Origin: Octopus sinensis
Taxonomy: Eukaryota
Direction of reading: 5' to 3'
Assembly (NCBI RefSeq): GCF_006345805.1
Contig: NC_043006.1
Span: 53,692,001-53,756,000 of the forward strand
DNA length: 64,000 nt
The notes under the pieces: generated by a model
Database searches by the model: none
Told to the model about the DNA's origin: nothing
What the model saw: the letters and a program-made list of their open reading frames with translations, nothing else
Position numbers and translations under genes: made by a program
Shown here: positions 61,556 through 64,000 of the stretch, piece by piece
Numbering within the stretch: position 1 is the stretch's first letter
How the letters are laid out: each line of letters starts with the position of its first letter

Positions 61556-61968
61556 AGGCGAGCTGGCAGAAACATTAGCACGCCGGGCGAAATGCTTAAC
61601 GGTATTTCGTCTGCCGTTACGTTCTGAGTTCAAATTCCGCCGAGGTCGACTTTGCCTTTCATCCTTTCGGGGTCGATAGGTTAAGTACCAGTTACGCACT
61701 GGGGTCGATGTAATCGACTTAATCCGTTTGTCTGTCCTTGTTTGTCCCCTCTATGTTTAGCCCCTTGTGGGTAATAAAGAAACAAGTATTTCGTCTGCCG
61801 CTATGTTCTGAGTTCAAATTCCGCCAAGGTCAACTTTGCCTTTCATCCTTTCGGGGTCGATTAAATAAGTACCAGTTACGCACTGGGGTCGATGCAATCG
61901 ACTTAATCCCTTTGTCTGTCCTTGTTTGTTCCCTCTGTGTCTAGCCCCTTGTGGGCAGTAAAGAAATA
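61556..61968 (+). mobile_element. SINE family A dimer ([body+tail 1]x2)
   Basis: Junction AAAGAAACAAGTATTTCG at about 61780. Confidence 0.92.
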
Positions 61969-62016
61969 CGAAGCAGTACCGAAAACTGTTGTGTGTGTGT
62001 ATGTGTGTGTATGTGT

Positions 62017-62068
<52 letters not shown>

Positions 62069-62504
62069 ACGCGCGCACGTGTAAATGAATAGTGAAAGAT
62101 GTGAATTCAGAGAATCGTGCAGCTATGACAGAATGTTCATCATATGGACTCAACTATCAGTCCAAATGATAATAAATTACAAAACGTGTGATGTACAGTA
62201 TCCGTGTAACGGAAAATCCGGTAAATTCAGAAAATCCAAGCGATAAAATTATTTCATGGGATGTATATTAAAAACATAAAGTCAGGAAGCATAAGAGGTG
62301 AATATATATTTCTATCTAACCACATAACTTCTATAGGATTACAGCCGTTTCGTAACTTTCTTCATGTAGTATTAACTTCAGTATGGAAGAAATTCTACAT
62401 ACGTTTTCATTAATATGCATGCTCTGCATTACGCAATATAATTTCATATTCACAAATTAATGCATATAGAATGAAGAAAAAACAACTAATCAGATTATCG
62501 GAAC

Positions 62505-62554
<50 letters not shown>

Positions 62555-62609
62555 ATATACATACATATATATATATATATTTGTGTGTGTGTGTGTTGTG
62601 TGTGTGTGG

Positions 62610-63580
62610 TAAAGGATGCACAATAATGGCACTACCACATTTATTCGATATGACCACCTTTGCTTCGAACCACAGTTTAGGTGCGAATGCTTCACACATT
62701 CTTGCGGAATGGAAGCCCATTCCCGGCACAGTTTTACCTTCAGAGCATCGAGCGAAGCATGAGGAGTGCTCGAGATACTCGTCTGCAAAATGGACCAAAC
62801 AGAAAAATCCAGCGGGTTGAAATCGGATCTTCTATATATCCTTGCCTATGAACGGCGGAATGTTTTCCTGAATCCAATATTGTGTCTATTTGGAGCTGTG
62901 AGACCACCGAGGCCTTTTGAAGGCTCCAAGGTGTGCCTTGAAAGTGCTCATTCGCGTATGGAAGCAGTTCAGCTTCCAGAATGTCGTTAATGTATCGCTG
63001 GATGTTAATTTTAACACCCGAGGGCATCAAAACGAGGGGATACTTTCCACTGGCTGTCACATCCGCCCAAACTATAACTGACAGTGGATTTTGGCGTCTA
63101 CCCTCGATGAAGCCAGATATACTCCAAAATCAGTCATTCTGGTGATTTATTCTCTGTTCGATGTCAAATTTCTGTTCATCAGTGAACACCAGGTTGGGCA
63201 GCGTACCTTCAGCAATATGACGCAGTATAAGACGAGTTCTCTCTTGTTTCATGACCTTATAAATTTGCGCAAGCTAATGATGGCAGATTATCTTGTAGGG
63301 GTAGGTCCTGAGATCCTCCTTCAGCACTCGATACATCGATATTCGGCTTATTTTTTCCTGTGGCAGCCGAACAGATTCAATATTTTCCACTTTTGTTTTG
63401 CAATCACAAGCCGAAATAATGCTAAAATATCAAGTTTCTTGTTTGTCTAAGAAGCATTTATTACCACAGTCTGCTTGAAGGCAGAAAATCTGGAGCGAAA
63501 CTTTGTGTGATTAGATCACAAAAAAGTCGACCAATCGGGGTAGAATTCTCCCGCTGAGAGATCAACACAACAATACACCA
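62610..63580 (-). mobile_element. DD37D/maT-like transposon relic
   Basis: Minus strand LVFTDEQKF, SVIVWADVTASGKYPLV..GVKIN, a degenerate QD-SH region and NPLDFSVWSIL; stops and deletions prevent counting the D-D spacing. Confidence 0.8.
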
Positions 63581-63602
63581 TTGACAAAACTTTTCTCAAC
63601 TC

Positions 63603-63800
63603 ATGTAGTTTCAGTCATTTGACTGTGGCCATGCTGCAGCACCGCCATTAGTCTAGCGAATCGACCCCAGGACTTATTCTTTGTAAGCCTAGTACTTATT
63701 CTATCGGTCTCTTTTGCCGAACCGCTAAGTTACGGGGACGTAAACTCACCAGCATCGGTTGTCAAGTGATGTTGGTGAGACAAACACAGACACACAGCGT
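63603..63800 (-). mobile_element. SINE family B 3' half
   Basis: Reverse complement of the family B 3' half. Confidence 0.85.
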
Positions 63801-63802
63801 AT

Positions 63803-63898
<96 letters not shown>

Positions 63899-64000
63899 AT
63901 GTTACATTACTCGGTAGTCAAGATAAAACTCTGAGTTTCAGATGCCGAAGTGGAAATCCACAACACCATCTCTTCGGTTATCTGGCTATTTGAAAACGTT

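Noticed and set aside
62335-62375. Minus-strand ATGAAGA..GAAACGGCTGTA hammerhead-like motif
   Set aside because: C3 missing or displaced, stem II and helix I do not pair; at most a dead remnant

Overview
AT-rich, microsatellite-dense eukaryotic DNA. The SINE families present point to an octopod cephalopod (Octopus-like); this is an inference from recalled repeat consensus sequences. One host protein-coding exon is clear: a TMEM229B-like terminal exon on the minus strand (11373-11885). It has no in-frame ATG before the conserved domain, so it must be spliced to an upstream start exon; a candidate micro-exon and promoter lie at about 25.55-26.0 kb. The rest is mostly transposon debris. This includes at least three tRNA-derived SINE families (one forming dimers and a trimer), R4/Dong and CR1/L2-type LINE fragments, a probable RTE 5' end, Penelope-like (GIY-YIG) fragments with inverted pseudo-LTRs, DD37E Tc1, DD37D/maT-like, mariner and pogo-like DNA transposon relics, and nested hAT MITEs. 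The most notable signal is three apparently intact type I hammerhead ribozymes (10025-10115 +, 34791-34847 -, 39371-39454 +) plus several decayed ones, all in Penelope-type pseudo-LTR contexts. Nearly all ORFs in the supplied track are microsatellite or TE artefacts. No rRNA, true tRNA or CRISPR array was found. Coordinates of degenerate repeats are approximate, and family names come from motif recall rather than database searches.
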